Shown: piece by piece, positions 50,702 through 60,936 of the stretch | Position numbering within the stretch: position 1 is the stretch's first letter | Layout of the letters: each line of letters opens with the position of its first letter | DNA from: Dehalococcoidia bacterium | GTDB lineage: Bacteria > Chloroflexota > Dehalococcoidia > Lucifugimonadales > VXLM01 | Length of the DNA: 64,000 nt | NCBI GenBank assembly: GCA_963662435.1 | Contig: OY759598.1 | Location: 2,884,507-2,948,506 of the forward strand | Reading direction: 5' to 3' | Made by a program: the position numbers and the translations under genes | Notes under the pieces: generated by a model | Databases searched by the model: none | What the model saw: the letters and a program-made list of their open reading frames with translations, nothing else | What the model was told of the DNA's origin: nothing

Positions 50702-50732
50702 GAACACACGTTCATATACAGCACACATGTTC
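50702..50732. promoter_or_regulatory. tandem LexA boxes upstream of the radical SAM repair gene
   Basis: GAAC-ACAC-GTTC (50702-13) and GCAC-ACAT-GTTC (50721-32). Confidence 0.75.
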
Positions 50733-50929
50733 TTACAACAGGAGGGCGGTGTCAACCCCTGGAGTGCCGAATGTGGAATAGCGTCCTGGCTATCCGGCTG
50801 ACGATCCTGCAACTGGCAAATTGGGCGCTAGTGAAGATCCAGCACACAGCGTCGGTCCCGGAAAAGGACATCACCCCGTACAACGATGCGGGGCGGGAAC
50901 CCATCACTGGCAGTCAGCCATGTTGCGAC

Positions 50930-52140
50930 TAGTACCGCTTCAATCTGAATGTGATGGATAGATATGTTGAAGTTTAGTGCGAGCGTCCTGAGTGGAGAAG
51001 CGCCAGTCTATGATGGCGACAGCCTCATTGCGTTCACGTTCCAGCGCCGAGACCTCTCGTTTCAGTACCGCCTCGTCACTGATTCGACGGTTGAGACATT
51101 GATTACTGAAGATGCTCAACTCTATCTCCGCCATGTTCAGCCAACTGCCGTGTACCGGAGTGTAATGGAACTCCAGGCGCTTGGCGATGCGCCACGCTTC
51201 GGCTGGCTCGAAGGCATCGTACAACGAACCCAGCTTGTGAGTGTTGAGATTGTCCAGCACCAGCCGTATCGTCTCTGTGTGAGGGTATACCTCATCAACC
51301 AGCCACCTCATCTGCTGTGCGAAGTCCACAGCAGTACGTTGCTCGGTCACCTCGACATGCCTCCAACCGGCTTTCGGCTCACAGAACATGAACAGGTTTC
51401 GCGTCCCGTTTCGCTTGTACTCGTAGTCATATCGTTCCACCCGACCCGGCTTGGCCCTGATAGCGGGCCTCTTATCAGCCACCAGTTGCTTGGATGTCTC
51501 GTCGAAGCAGACCACGGGATGGTCGGGGTCGTAGTCTTGATGGTACAGGTCCAACACATCCTCCATCCGAGCCACGAACTCTCCGCTCACCTCGGGGATG
51601 CACCACTCCTTCTTCTTCCACGGTTTGAGTTCGTTTTTTTGAGTATCTGGCGCACCGTCTCGAGGGAGATGCTCTCGGCAAACCCCATCGCCACCGCCTT
51701 GTCCGCAATGAGTTGCAGCGTCCAGTCCGCGTGTCCTTCGGGTGCATCGCTGCACGCGACGGCTATAAGGTGCGCTTCCTGTCTGCCGTCCAACTTGCGC
51801 TTCTGTCCCGGTCGCGTGCGTTCATTGAGCGCGCTGTCGAGTCCCTCCTCCACAAACCGCGTGCGCACACGTCCCACCGTGGATGCGCTTATCAATAGTC
51901 CGCTGGCGATGTCACGATCGATCAGACCTTCGTCTGCCTTAAGCAACACCAGCGCTCGCTTGACCTTACGGGCCGAAGTCTCCCCACGACTCGCTATCTC
52001 TTTGAGACGTGTCCGTTCCGATTTATTCAACTCCACCTTGTACTGGAGAGCAGGCATGTCTTCGTATGTCCTCCTTATGGGATCATACACAAGACTAACC
52101 TATTTCTTATATTTGTCAAATATACCTAGAAACGGTACTA
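50930..52140 (-). mobile_element. IS630-family insertion sequence
   Basis: Ends CTAGTACCGCTTC and (reverse complement) CTAGTACCGTTTC with TA at each end; two-ORF transposase. Confidence 0.92.
50940..52057 (-). CDS. IS630 transposase expressed via -1 frameshift
   Basis: HTH ORF (start 52057) joins the DDE ORF (VVCFDETSK, LVLDNLNTH, SWLNMAEIE) at an A7 run (T7 at 51634-51640 on + strand). Confidence 0.88.
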
Positions 52141-52210
52141 GGAGAACCGGGCCGAAAAAAGAGGGACGGGTTTCAAGCCCGCCCCTTCAGTAGGTCACAC
52201 AAACGGTGCC

Positions 52211-53197
52211 CTAGAAGCACAGAGGACTGTTCAGCGAGTACCGCGTATGGTCCTCGATAGGCTCATTGGCCTCTCGGGCAATGGTGCTGAGCCACATGTC
52301 GCGCCAGTCCTCGAACTCGGTCATCTCGCGTTCAGGTTGGCGGCGGCTGCGGGCGATCCACGCGGGACGTCCGCCCTGCCCGACTGGCTGGCCGATGGGC
52401 TGGTAGCGGAGGTCGTAGCTCCAGCGGAGGCGGTTGCTCATGTTCATCAGGGAGCTGTGCTGGGTCAGCTTGTTGAGGATTACGAGGTCGCCGGGGTTGG
52501 CGGGCAGGGTCACCCGCTCCTCGGGGATGATCTCGTCGGGAATCCCCTTGAAGTGCGGCTTTAGCTCGGTCGGCTTGCAGTGGACGGAGAGCTCGCCCGC
52601 CCGGTGACTGCCGGGAACGACGAGCAGGCAGCCGTTCTCCTCGTCGACGGGCACCATTGGCACCCACACGGTGAGCGCGTCGGTCTCGTCGGCGTCGGTC
52701 TGGAACGCCCAGAGGTCCTGGTGCCACAGGGTCTTCGATATCATCCCGTTCGGCGAGCTCTGGACCGCCTCGGAGAGGGTGTGCTCCGGCGGTTTGATGC
52801 GCGTGATGTGAAGGGGGCTGACGGCGATCTCGTCGCCGAGGAACTGCTCGATGGCGTCGAGAAGGCGCGGGCTCCGAAGCAGGTTGAACATCTGCGGATG
52901 CAGGTACATGGGGCGCTTCTTCGCCGGGTCGTTGAATGACAGGTAGATGGTGAGGTTGCCGAAGAAGTCGTCGCCCGTGTCTGCTACGAACGCCGACAGC
53001 CTGCTGAGGGTGTCCGGTCCGGCATACTTGTGCCCTATCTCGCCCTCGGCGTACAGCCTCTCGATCAGGCCGTCGAGCACCACGCCGTACTCGTCGATGA
53101 GCGGCTGGATATCCTGCTCGACGTCGAGCACGCCCCGAAGGACGGTGTACCCCTCTTCTCGAAGCTGCTCAGCCGCCCGCGTTTCCGTAAGAAGCAT
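52211..53197 (-). CDS. phytanoyl-CoA dioxygenase (PhyH) family protein
   Basis: WHQD, NGCLLVVPGSH, HSSLMN...RWSYDLRY. Confidence 0.88.
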   Translation of the reverse strand: MLLTETRAAEQLREEGYTVLRGVLDVEQDIQPLIDEYGVVLDGLIERLYAEGEIGHKYAGPDTLSRLSAFVADTGDDFFGNLTIYLSFNDPAKKRPMYLHPQMFNLLRSPRLLDAIEQFLGDEIAVSPLHITRIKPPEHTLSEAVQSSPNGMISKTLWHQDLWAFQTDADETDALTVWVPMVPVDEENGCLLVVPGSHRAGELSVHCKPTELKPHFKGIPDEIIPEERVTLPANPGDLVILNKLTQHSSLMNMSNRLRWSYDLRYQPIGQPVGQGGRPAWIARSRRQPEREMTEFEDWRDMWLSTIAREANEPIEDHTRYSLNSPLCF

Positions 53198-53580
53198 GTC
53201 TCACCCGTACCTCGTTCGAGTTATGCAAAGAGTGTATGTGCGCGGTCACGTTCAGTCAAGGAGCGTGGCGCTCATACGACGATTAAGTGTGGAGGAGTGG
53301 TGACGACGGTAAAGCCGTATTGCCGGAGGTGGCGACGACTCAGCGGAAAAGGTAGGGCCGATGCGCCGAGAGGCGGTTCGTTGTGCCAGGACCTGAACAT
53401 CGATGCAGGTGACTCGCCAATCCCATTCAGCCTGAGCCTGTCGATGGCCGGTCTCGTGGTTCGACAGGCTCACCATGAACGGGGTCTGGAAGTGCCCGCC
53501 TGCGACATCGCCCGTGTTGAAGCGCAATGGCCAACCTGATAGAACTACGTCACACCATCCCGTCGATATCGAGGCAAGCA

Positions 53581-54267
53581 TTGACACAGGCGCACTTCAC
53601 CCCGGAGCTGTTCGAGTTCCTGCTCGAATTGCGTACGAACAACAACCGTGAGTGGTTCCAGGACAACAAGGGCCGCTATGAGCTGCACGTCAAGGAGCCA
53701 ATCCTGCAGTTCATTCAGGACTTCGAGCCGAGCCTGCACTCCGTCAGCACGCGGTTCATAGCGGACGCGCGGGCCAATGGCGGCTCGATGTTCCGCATCT
53801 ACCGGGACGTGCGGTTCTCGAAGGACAAGAGTCCGTACAAAACGCAGGCGGCGGTTCAATTCCGCCACGAGGCGGGAAGGTCGGCCCACGCGCCCGGGTT
53901 CTACCTGCACCTGGCTCCCGGTGAGGTCTTCGCAGGCGTCGGCATCTGGCGCCCCGACTCGTCGTCGCTCGCCAAGATACGCAACGCCATCGCGTCGAAC
54001 CCTGGCAAGTGGGAGCGCGCCGCGAAGGACCCCGAATTCCTGAGCGACTACTCCTTAGGCGGCGAGTCGCTCAAGCGCCCGCCCAAGGGCTTCGACCAGG
54101 ACCACCCGTACATCGAAGACCTCAAGCGCAAGGACCATATCGCTTCTGTGGAATTCGACGACGCCGACGTTTTCTCGCCGGGGTTCTTGGACGACTTCGC
54201 GGACGTATGCCGACAGGCTTCACCCTACATGGAGTTCCTCACGACCTCACTCGGCCTGCCGTACTAA
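53581..54267 (+). CDS. DUF2461 (TIGR02453) family protein
   Basis: NNNREWF, FRIYRDVRFSKDKSPYK, LKRPPKGF; start TTG 53581 or ATG 53527. Confidence 0.85.
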   Translation: MTQAHFTPELFEFLLELRTNNNREWFQDNKGRYELHVKEPILQFIQDFEPSLHSVSTRFIADARANGGSMFRIYRDVRFSKDKSPYKTQAAVQFRHEAGRSAHAPGFYLHLAPGEVFAGVGIWRPDSSSLAKIRNAIASNPGKWERAAKDPEFLSDYSLGGESLKRPPKGFDQDHPYIEDLKRKDHIASVEFDDADVFSPGFLDDFADVCRQASPYMEFLTTSLGLPY

Positions 54268-54383
54268 CCTGCCCCGTCATTCCGGCGGAGGCCGGAATCC
54301 AGTGGGTCCCGTCAGGCGAGAACACGGTCGTCTAACGCCAATTTGGTATAGCATCTATGCAAGAAACCCAGAGGTACACAAAC

Positions 54384-55154
54384 ATGAAAATCACCGACTA
54401 TGGAAATTCGTATGTCACCTGGACGGGCAACGTCGACTCGAACGACAACCGGAAGCCGGGACACATGCCGTGGCCGAACACTGTCCGCATCCTCCTCGAC
54501 TCGCGGTGCTGGATCAGCGACGAGTCGGGGGAAGCGCGCGAGTACAACATGCTCTCGCCGTGCCGGACGGAGTGGATGTACCGCTCGGACGTGCTCTGGC
54601 ACCTGCCCAACTACGAGTTCGCGGGCATATACTCGGATACCGAGTGGATGGCGGGGCATATCAAGGTGGGCGACGTCAACGAGTTCGGCGGCGACTGGCG
54701 CATTTCTAGTCCCATAGAAGGCCGGTTCAAAGAGCTAAAGACCGTCGTTCGACACCATCCGAAGGTGCAGAAGCTCGACAACCACCGGCAGGTGGTGGAG
54801 GCCACCATGGACTACCTGCCGATCATAGCCCGCACGGAGGTCTGGAGCGACGACGGCAAGACGCGCGCCACTGTCGAGTACCCGGTCAAGACGATGAACG
54901 TGCAGATCGAACGCGGCAGGATGCAGGTGGACACGGGGCCCCTCATCTACCCCGACTTCCAGGGCGACGAGGAGTCGGAGATACGTAAGCTCCAATTCGC
55001 GTACGTATGCTACAACACCGATGACGTGGCGGAGTTCGTCCTGCGCGGCCCTACGCCGGTGACCAGTGACGGCGGCGAAGTGGGCACCTACATCGACTAC
55101 ACGGACATCAGGCGGGTACTCATACAAAACACCTTCTACGCGGCGATGATCTGA
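54384..55154 (+). CDS. hypothetical protein
   Basis: Host-like codon usage, GAGG RBS, no recognised motif. Confidence 0.7.
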   Translation: MKITDYGNSYVTWTGNVDSNDNRKPGHMPWPNTVRILLDSRCWISDESGEAREYNMLSPCRTEWMYRSDVLWHLPNYEFAGIYSDTEWMAGHIKVGDVNEFGGDWRISSPIEGRFKELKTVVRHHPKVQKLDNHRQVVEATMDYLPIIARTEVWSDDGKTRATVEYPVKTMNVQIERGRMQVDTGPLIYPDFQGDEESEIRKLQFAYVCYNTDDVAEFVLRGPTPVTSDGGEVGTYIDYTDIRRVLIQNTFYAAMI

Positions 55155-55165
55155 GGACTCGCGAA

Positions 55166-55819
55166 TTGCACCGAGCCAACGCCGCACCCAAAATCGACGG
55201 CCTCTACGTCATCGTGGGGCCTGACGCCACGCTGGGGCGGCCCGTTTTGGAGGTGGCGGAGGCGGCGCTGCGCGGCGGCGCGCGTCTCCTCCAACTCCGG
55301 GACAAGACCGGAGACCGAGGTGACGTGCTCCCCGTGGCCGTGAGGTTGCGAGAGTTGTGCCGCGACCACGATGCCCTGTTCTTCGTGAACGACGACATCG
55401 CGCTCGGATTCGCCTCTGACGCCGACGGCGTACACCTCGGACAGTCGGACCTTCCGGTGGACGTTGCGCGCCGGATCCTCGCCCCCAACAAGCTGATAGG
55501 CCGCTCGAACAACACCGACGCTGAGGTCGAGGAGTCGGTGTCGATGGGAGTAGACTACGTGGCGGTTGGTGCGGTGTTCCCGACGACCACCGTAGGAAAG
55601 GGAGCACGTCAGGCCATCGGTCTCGACGGCGTCCGCAGCGCCCGCGACACCACGGACATTCCGCTCGTGGCAATAGGAGGCATCAACGAGAGGAACGTCG
55701 GGGATGTCATTCGGGCCGGGGCCGACTGCGTGTCCGTCATCAGCGCGGTCACGATGGCAGACGACCCGGAAGCCGCCGCGCGACGCTTGGTCGCCGCAAT
55801 TGAAGACGCAAGGAGTTGA
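55166..55819 (+). CDS. thiE: thiamine-phosphate synthase
   Basis: QLRDK, FVNDD, DGVHLGQSD, VAIGGI, VISA. Confidence 0.92.
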   Translation: MHRANAAPKIDGLYVIVGPDATLGRPVLEVAEAALRGGARLLQLRDKTGDRGDVLPVAVRLRELCRDHDALFFVNDDIALGFASDADGVHLGQSDLPVDVARRILAPNKLIGRSNNTDAEVEESVSMGVDYVAVGAVFPTTTVGKGARQAIGLDGVRSARDTTDIPLVAIGGINERNVGDVIRAGADCVSVISAVTMADDPEAAARRLVAAIEDARS

Positions 55820-55822
55820 CCC

Positions 55823-56473
55823 CTGAGCACCACACCTGACCGGAAGAATGAGCTTCAAGCAATAGCAGAATCCGCATCGAAGGAGTTTGCGACCACCCAC
55901 GCCGACCGCGAGCAGGGTCTTCGCCTCTCCCGGGAGATCGTCCGCAACTCGGCCAACTCGATCCGCGCCACTCACCGGGGCGAGTACGAACAGGCAAGGA
56001 AACTCCTCTACACGGTGGCGGAGCTTTCGGGCCAGGCCATCGCCCTCCGCGAACAGCAGCCCCGCGTGTACTACGGCGGCTACATCGAAGACGCGTTGAA
56101 GGAGTACACGGAGGCCGCCGTCACCCTGGCCCTCATCGAGGGTCGCCCGATGCCGAAGGCCGACGATCTTGGCATAGGGGCCGCGCCGTACCTGGGCGGC
56201 CTGGCAGACACCGTAGGCGAGATGCGGCGGTTCATCCTCGATGCCCTCCGCACGGACGACTTCTCACGCTGCGAGGAGCTTCTCGACGTTATGGACGAGA
56301 TCTACACCGTGCTCGTCACGATGGACTACCCCGACGCCGTGACGAGAGGCCTGCGACGAAGCACCGACATGGTTCGCGGCATCCTCGAACGCACCCGCGG
56401 CGACCTTACCCTCGCGCTCCGGCAGCAGCGACTGGAAGAGCGCCTCGCCGAGGCGCGCGAACGGTTTGAGTAG
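55823..56473 (+). CDS. translin/TRAX family protein
   Basis: REQGLRLSREIVRNSANSIRATHRG, EYTEA, YLGGLADTVGEMRR; frame open from 55820; probable CTG start at 55823. Confidence 0.8.
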   Translation: MSTTPDRKNELQAIAESASKEFATTHADREQGLRLSREIVRNSANSIRATHRGEYEQARKLLYTVAELSGQAIALREQQPRVYYGGYIEDALKEYTEAAVTLALIEGRPMPKADDLGIGAAPYLGGLADTVGEMRRFILDALRTDDFSRCEELLDVMDEIYTVLVTMDYPDAVTRGLRRSTDMVRGILERTRGDLTLALRQQRLEERLAEARERFE

Positions 56474-56553
56474 AAGCCATTCATTAGCTCGCCCATCAGA
56501 CCGTAGCCACAACACAGGCCCCTACCTTTTTACGATTTACGTAAGGCGTTATA

Positions 56554-56832
56554 ATGATATGTGGGTTCAAAGATCGGAAGACTGAGCAGTTCTTCAGAGG
56601 TCAGATTGTTCGCGTCTTTCAGGGATTTGCCAATCAAGCAACTCGTCGACTTACTGTCTTGGACAACGCTGAGTCACTGCAAGATCTGGCAGGGTTGCCT
56701 AGCAATAGGCTGAAATCGTTATCGGGCATTCGGGATGGTGAATACAGCATTCGCATCAACCGCTAGTGGCGCATTTGCTTTCGTTGGGGAGACGACGGGC
56801 CGTATGACGTGGAGATTGTAGACTACCACTGA
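56554..56832 (+). pseudogene. higB: HigB (RelE-like) toxin with in-frame amber stop
   Basis: ...YSIRINR-TAG(56764-66)-WRICFRW...DVEIVDYH-TGA; the stop sits at the conserved Gln of INxQWR. Confidence 0.85.
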
Positions 56833-56845
56833 TGAGGAGAATGAA

Positions 56846-57172
56846 ATGAGAATGAGCAGCGGTATGCGACCGGTCCACCCCGGTGAGATTCTGGGCGACG
56901 AGCTTCAAGAGCTTGGTCTGTCGGCCAGTGCATTGGCCGTCGAATTGGGGGTGCCCACCAACCGGATCACTGCCATTTTGAAGGGCCAGCGAGGGATTAC
57001 TGCCGACACTGCCCTGCGGTTGTCTCGCTACTTCGGCACCACACCGCAGTTCTGGCTAAACTTACAGAAGACCTTCGAATTGCGTGCTGCGGAAATCGAA
57101 TCCGGCAAGGATATCGAGGAGCGAGTGCGCCCTCGAGAGATGGCGCAAGCCGCAGGCAACCGGTCCGAGTAA
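56846..57172 (+). CDS. higA: HigA addiction-module antitoxin
   Basis: PVHPGEIL, ITADTALRLSRYFGTTPQFWLNLQ. Confidence 0.92.
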   Translation: MRMSSGMRPVHPGEILGDELQELGLSASALAVELGVPTNRITAILKGQRGITADTALRLSRYFGTTPQFWLNLQKTFELRAAEIESGKDIEERVRPREMAQAAGNRSE

Positions 57173-57201
57173 CCGCCTAGCTACGCTTCTATTCGTCGCC
57201 A

Positions 57202-57926
57202 ATGAAGCTCACCATAGTCATCCCCTCCTTCAACGAAGAGGACTACCTCCCTTCGACCCTGGACTCCATCAAGACCTCCGCTTCCCGTCTGCGCGCCGTC
57301 TCTGACGCCGAGGTCGACATACTCGTCGTCGACAACAACAGCGAGGACAACACCGCCGCAGTCGCCCAAAGCGTTGGCGCGACGGTGGTACACGAGACTT
57401 TGCAGGGCATTGCACGCGCCCGAAACGCCGGGGCCGACCATGCCGAGGGCGACGTGCTCGTCTTCGTCGACGCGGACGTGTTCCTTCCAGACACGCTGCT
57501 TGAAACGGTACATGCGGCGATGAGCGACCCGGCGTGTGTAGGAGGGGCGGTTGACGTCAAATACCGACCCAATCGCCGTTTCATCAGGTTCTACCTGCGT
57601 GCGTGGCGCGTCCTCTCGCGCCTCACGGGGATGGCCCAGGGCGCGACCCAGTTCTGCCGCAAGTCCGTATTCGTAGAGGTGGGAGGCTATGACGAAAGGC
57701 GTGGATCGGTGAGGACGCCGATTTCTTCTGGGCACTCAAGAGGCTGGCCAAGCGCTCAGGCCACAAGGTCAGGTTCATCGAGAGTCCTCGCGTCCAGGCC
57801 TCCTCCCGGCGTTTCGACAAGTGGCCGCTTTGGAAGATCCTGGTATGGACCAATCCCCTCTTCATCGCCCTGTTCCGCCGTCGTAAGGCGTTCTGGAGCG
57901 GGTGGTATTCGCGGGCGGTGAGATAG
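57202..57926 (+). pseudogene. family 2 glycosyltransferase, frameshifted
   Basis: IVIPSFNEE, FVDAD; after GGYDE the conserved ED (AWIGEDADFF...SSRRF) continues in the -1 frame from ~57699 to TAG at 57924-26. Confidence 0.75.
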
Positions 57927-58322
57927 GCGCCACAGGCGGTATCAGTTTCGACTCCGCGAGAGCCTTCCGGAAAGCAAACTACCGTCATACCCGCGACTGC
58001 GGGCATCCACAGGTGCGGGGATGTTCATCCCATCGGCTCCAAATGATTGCCACGAGCCCAGGGCCTTTCCAAAGTCCGTTCGTTCTGAGCCTGTCGAAGT
58101 ATGAACGGACGACCCTTCGACAAACTCAGAGCTTGCCTCGTACTTAAGACTGGGGTGAACCGTGGACTTATCTGTACGGGCCAGTGTGGAGAGAGAGTCC
58201 GCCACGAGCCTCCTATCCTTGAATGCCGTTCACGGCTATGGTACTTTTAGCCCGCTTTCACTCGCAGGCAGAGCACACGAAGTCTTCCCGTCGCAGGGGA
58301 GGCTTTTTCATGGGGGGACAAG

Positions 58323-60395
58323 ATGCAGGAAATCATCTTCATCGCAATCGGCGCTGCCGTCATCGGGCTGCTGTTCGCCGTATACCTGACCTTAAGCATT
58401 TTGCGGGAGGACGAGGGTAACGAGCGGGTGCGCTTCATCGGCGACGCCATTCGAAAGGGCTCGGCCGCCTTCCTTAAGCGCGAGTACGGCGTTCTCGCCA
58501 TCTTCGTGGTCGTGGTCGTCGTCATTCTTGCCCTGTTCATCGACTACGACATCCTGGGCAAGGTCGGCGAGAGCTCCGACGGCCTACCGTCGACAGCCAT
58601 TGCCTACCTGATCGGCGCCGTCGGCTCGGCTCTGGCAGGGTACATCGGCATGAGCATCGCCGTTCGCGCCAACACCCGCACGACGGTCAAGGCGCAGGAA
58701 GGACTCAACCCCGCCCTCCAGCTGGCATTCAGCAGCGGCGCGGTGATGGGGCTGACGGTCGTCGGCATCGGACTGCTCGGCGTGGCCATCCTGTACTGGA
58801 TTTTCCAGGACTTTCAGATCGTCGCGGGCTTCGGTATGGGTGCGTCCTCGATAGCCCTCTTCGCGAGGGTGGGCGGCGGCATCTACACCAAGGCCGCCGA
58901 CGTCGGAGCAGACCTCGTGGGCAAGGTCGAGGCTGGAATCCCTGAGGACGACCCGCGCAACCCCGCTACCATCGCTGACAACGTGGGCGACAACGTGGGC
59001 GACGTGGCGGGCATGGGCGCGGACCTGTTCGAGTCGTACGTAGGCTCCATCATCGCGACCCTCGCGCTGGCGGCAACAGGCGGAGCACTGCTTGCGGAAA
59101 AAGGCCTGATTACGCTGAACGTGGACTTGGCCGACACAAAGAACTTCGACCACGAGCTGTTCATGCTGCCAATTCTCGTGGCTGCCGTTGGCATCATTTC
59201 ATCCATCATTGGAACGTTCCTCGTCCGCGCTCCTGAGGGGGCCCACATGGGCCGACTCCTCTGGGCGCTCCGCACGGGGATATTCTCCTCAGGCGCACTG
59301 GTGCTGATCGCGGTAGGCGTGCTCATTCCCGTACTGGACCTGCCCTTCCAACTCTTCTGGGTGATACTCATCGGCCTCGTGGCCGGACAGGTCATCGGGA
59401 CGGCGTCGGAGGTCGCGACATCCTACGAATACCGGTTCACGCGGTCGATTGCGGCGCAGTCGGAGACGGGGCCGGCGACCGTCATCATCGGTGGGCTCGG
59501 TCTTGGTATGCTGAGCACACTCGTGCCCGCCATCGTGGTCGTGATAGCCATGTGGCTGACCAACGACCTCGCGGGCACCTACGGCGTGGCACTCGCCGCT
59601 GTGGGGATGCTCTCAACGCTCGGAATCACACTCGCAACGGACGCCTACGGTCCCGTGGCCGACAATGCGGGCGGCATCGCGGAGCAGGCGGGCCTCGACC
59701 CTGAGGTCCGCGAACGAACGGACGCCCTCGACTCGCTCGGCAACACGACCGCGGCCACCGGCAAGGGCTTCGCCATCGGATCGGCGGTGCTCACCGCACT
59801 CGCCCTGATGGCGGCTTACTCGGAAGTCTCTGGAGTGAGCGTGTTCAACCTCACGGACGTCAATGTGCTCATGGGCGTGCTGCTCGGCAGCCTGATGCCC
59901 TTCCTCTTCGCCGCGCTGACGATGCAGGCGGTAGGACGTGCCGCGGGCGCGATGGTGCAGGAGGTCCGCCGTCAGTTCCGCGAGATCGCCGGGCTGATGG
60001 AGGGCGAGGCCGAGGCCGACTACGCGCGGGCCGTCGATATCAGCACGCGCGGCGCTATGCGCGAGATGGTCCTGCCTGGACTCATCGCGATCATCGCGCC
60101 CGTCGCAGTCGGGGCCATTCTCGGTGCGGAGGCGCTCGGTGGACTGCTCATCGGCGCGATTGCCACCGGCTTCCTGCTGGCCATCATGATGGCCAACGCG
60201 GGCGGCGCGTGGGACAACGCCAAGAAGTACGTCGAGGCGGGAGCGCACGGCGGCAAGGGCACCAAACAGCACGAGGCCGTCGTAGTCGGCGATACTGTCG
60301 GCGACCCCTTCAAGGACACTTCGGGCCCCGCGCTCAACATTCTCATCAAGCTGATGTCCATCGTCGCCCTCGTGTTCGCGCCACTGTTCTTGTAG
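58323..60395 (+). CDS. hppA: membrane-bound Na+/H+-translocating pyrophosphatase (K+-dependent type)
   Basis: [26 protein letters not shown] (Ala signature), [11 protein letters not shown]. Confidence 0.96.
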   Translation: MQEIIFIAIGAAVIGLLFAVYLTLSILREDEGNERVRFIGDAIRKGSAAFLKREYGVLAIFVVVVVVILALFIDYDILGKVGESSDGLPSTAIAYLIGAVGSALAGYIGMSIAVRANTRTTVKAQEGLNPALQLAFSSGAVMGLTVVGIGLLGVAILYWIFQDFQIVAGFGMGASSIALFARVGGGIYTKAADVGADLVGKVEAGIPEDDPRNPATIADNVGDNVGDVAGMGADLFESYVGSIIATLALAATGGALLAEKGLITLNVDLADTKNFDHELFMLPILVAAVGIISSIIGTFLVRAPEGAHMGRLLWALRTGIFSSGALVLIAVGVLIPVLDLPFQLFWVILIGLVAGQVIGTASEVATSYEYRFTRSIAAQSETGPATVIIGGLGLGMLSTLVPAIVVVIAMWLTNDLAGTYGVALAAVGMLSTLGITLATDAYGPVADNAGGIAEQAGLDPEVRERTDALDSLGNTTAATGKGFAIGSAVLTALALMAAYSEVSGVSVFNLTDVNVLMGVLLGSLMPFLFAALTMQAVGRAAGAMVQEVRRQFREIAGLMEGEAEADYARAVDISTRGAMREMVLPGLIAIIAPVAVGAILGAEALGGLLIGAIATGFLLAIMMANAGGAWDNAKKYVEAGAHGGKGTKQHEAVVVGDTVGDPFKDTSGPALNILIKLMSIVALVFAPLFL

Positions 60396-60417
60396 GTAGA
60401 CTAGTCGGCATTTTTTG

Positions 60418-60446
60418 GTAGGGGCAGGTTTCAAACCTGCCCCTAC
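60418..60446. repeat. REP-like hairpin GTAGGGGCAGGTTTCAAACCTGCCCCTAC
   Basis: Near-perfect inverted repeat downstream of hppA; related hairpin at ~52161-52187. Confidence 0.7.
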
Positions 60447-60811
60447 CTGCATGCAGGCGGATTCAGCCGGCGCAGGAGGTTGATATGTCGGCAGTCTCCG
60501 AATGCGACCTTCACGACGAGGCAAGGCAGAGCAGGCCCCGCCCTATTTGACGCACAAGAACACATGGCCTACGATACGCCTGTCGCAGGAACGCTTTACC
60601 GCTGGCGCGTCCCGACGCGCGAAACCGTGAGACACAAATTGAGAATGACACCAAAGAAATTCCAGCCACGCGGAATTATTCTCAAAGTGTCTCATGACAC
60701 CATCGTCAACTGGCTGCGAGTCGCGGAAACAGCTTCAAACGACCCGTCATGAAGGGCAAAACAGAGCGAGACAAAATGAGAACGTGCCGAGAAAAGGGAA
60801 TCCGGTGGAGT

Positions 60812-60883
60812 CTCAAACTGTCTCACATTCTCAGACTGTTTTATATTCTCAGACCGTCTCACATTCTCAATCCGTCTCACACC
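60812..60883. repeat. four degenerate 18-bp tandem repeats (CTCAnACyGTCTCACATT)
   Basis: Units start at 60812, 60830, 60848 and 60866. Confidence 0.75.
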
Positions 60884-60936
60884 AATCCTCAGACATTCCG
60901 CTAATGTACTGACGACGCACCGCACAGGAGGCTGAT

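Noticed and set aside
56764..56766. Pyrrolysine or genetic-code reassignment of TAG
   Set aside because: TAG is used as a normal stop in many genes of this window, prfA is present, and no pyl genes are seen.
60812..60883. CRISPR array
   Set aside because: Contiguous degenerate 18-bp units without unique spacers, and no cas genes.
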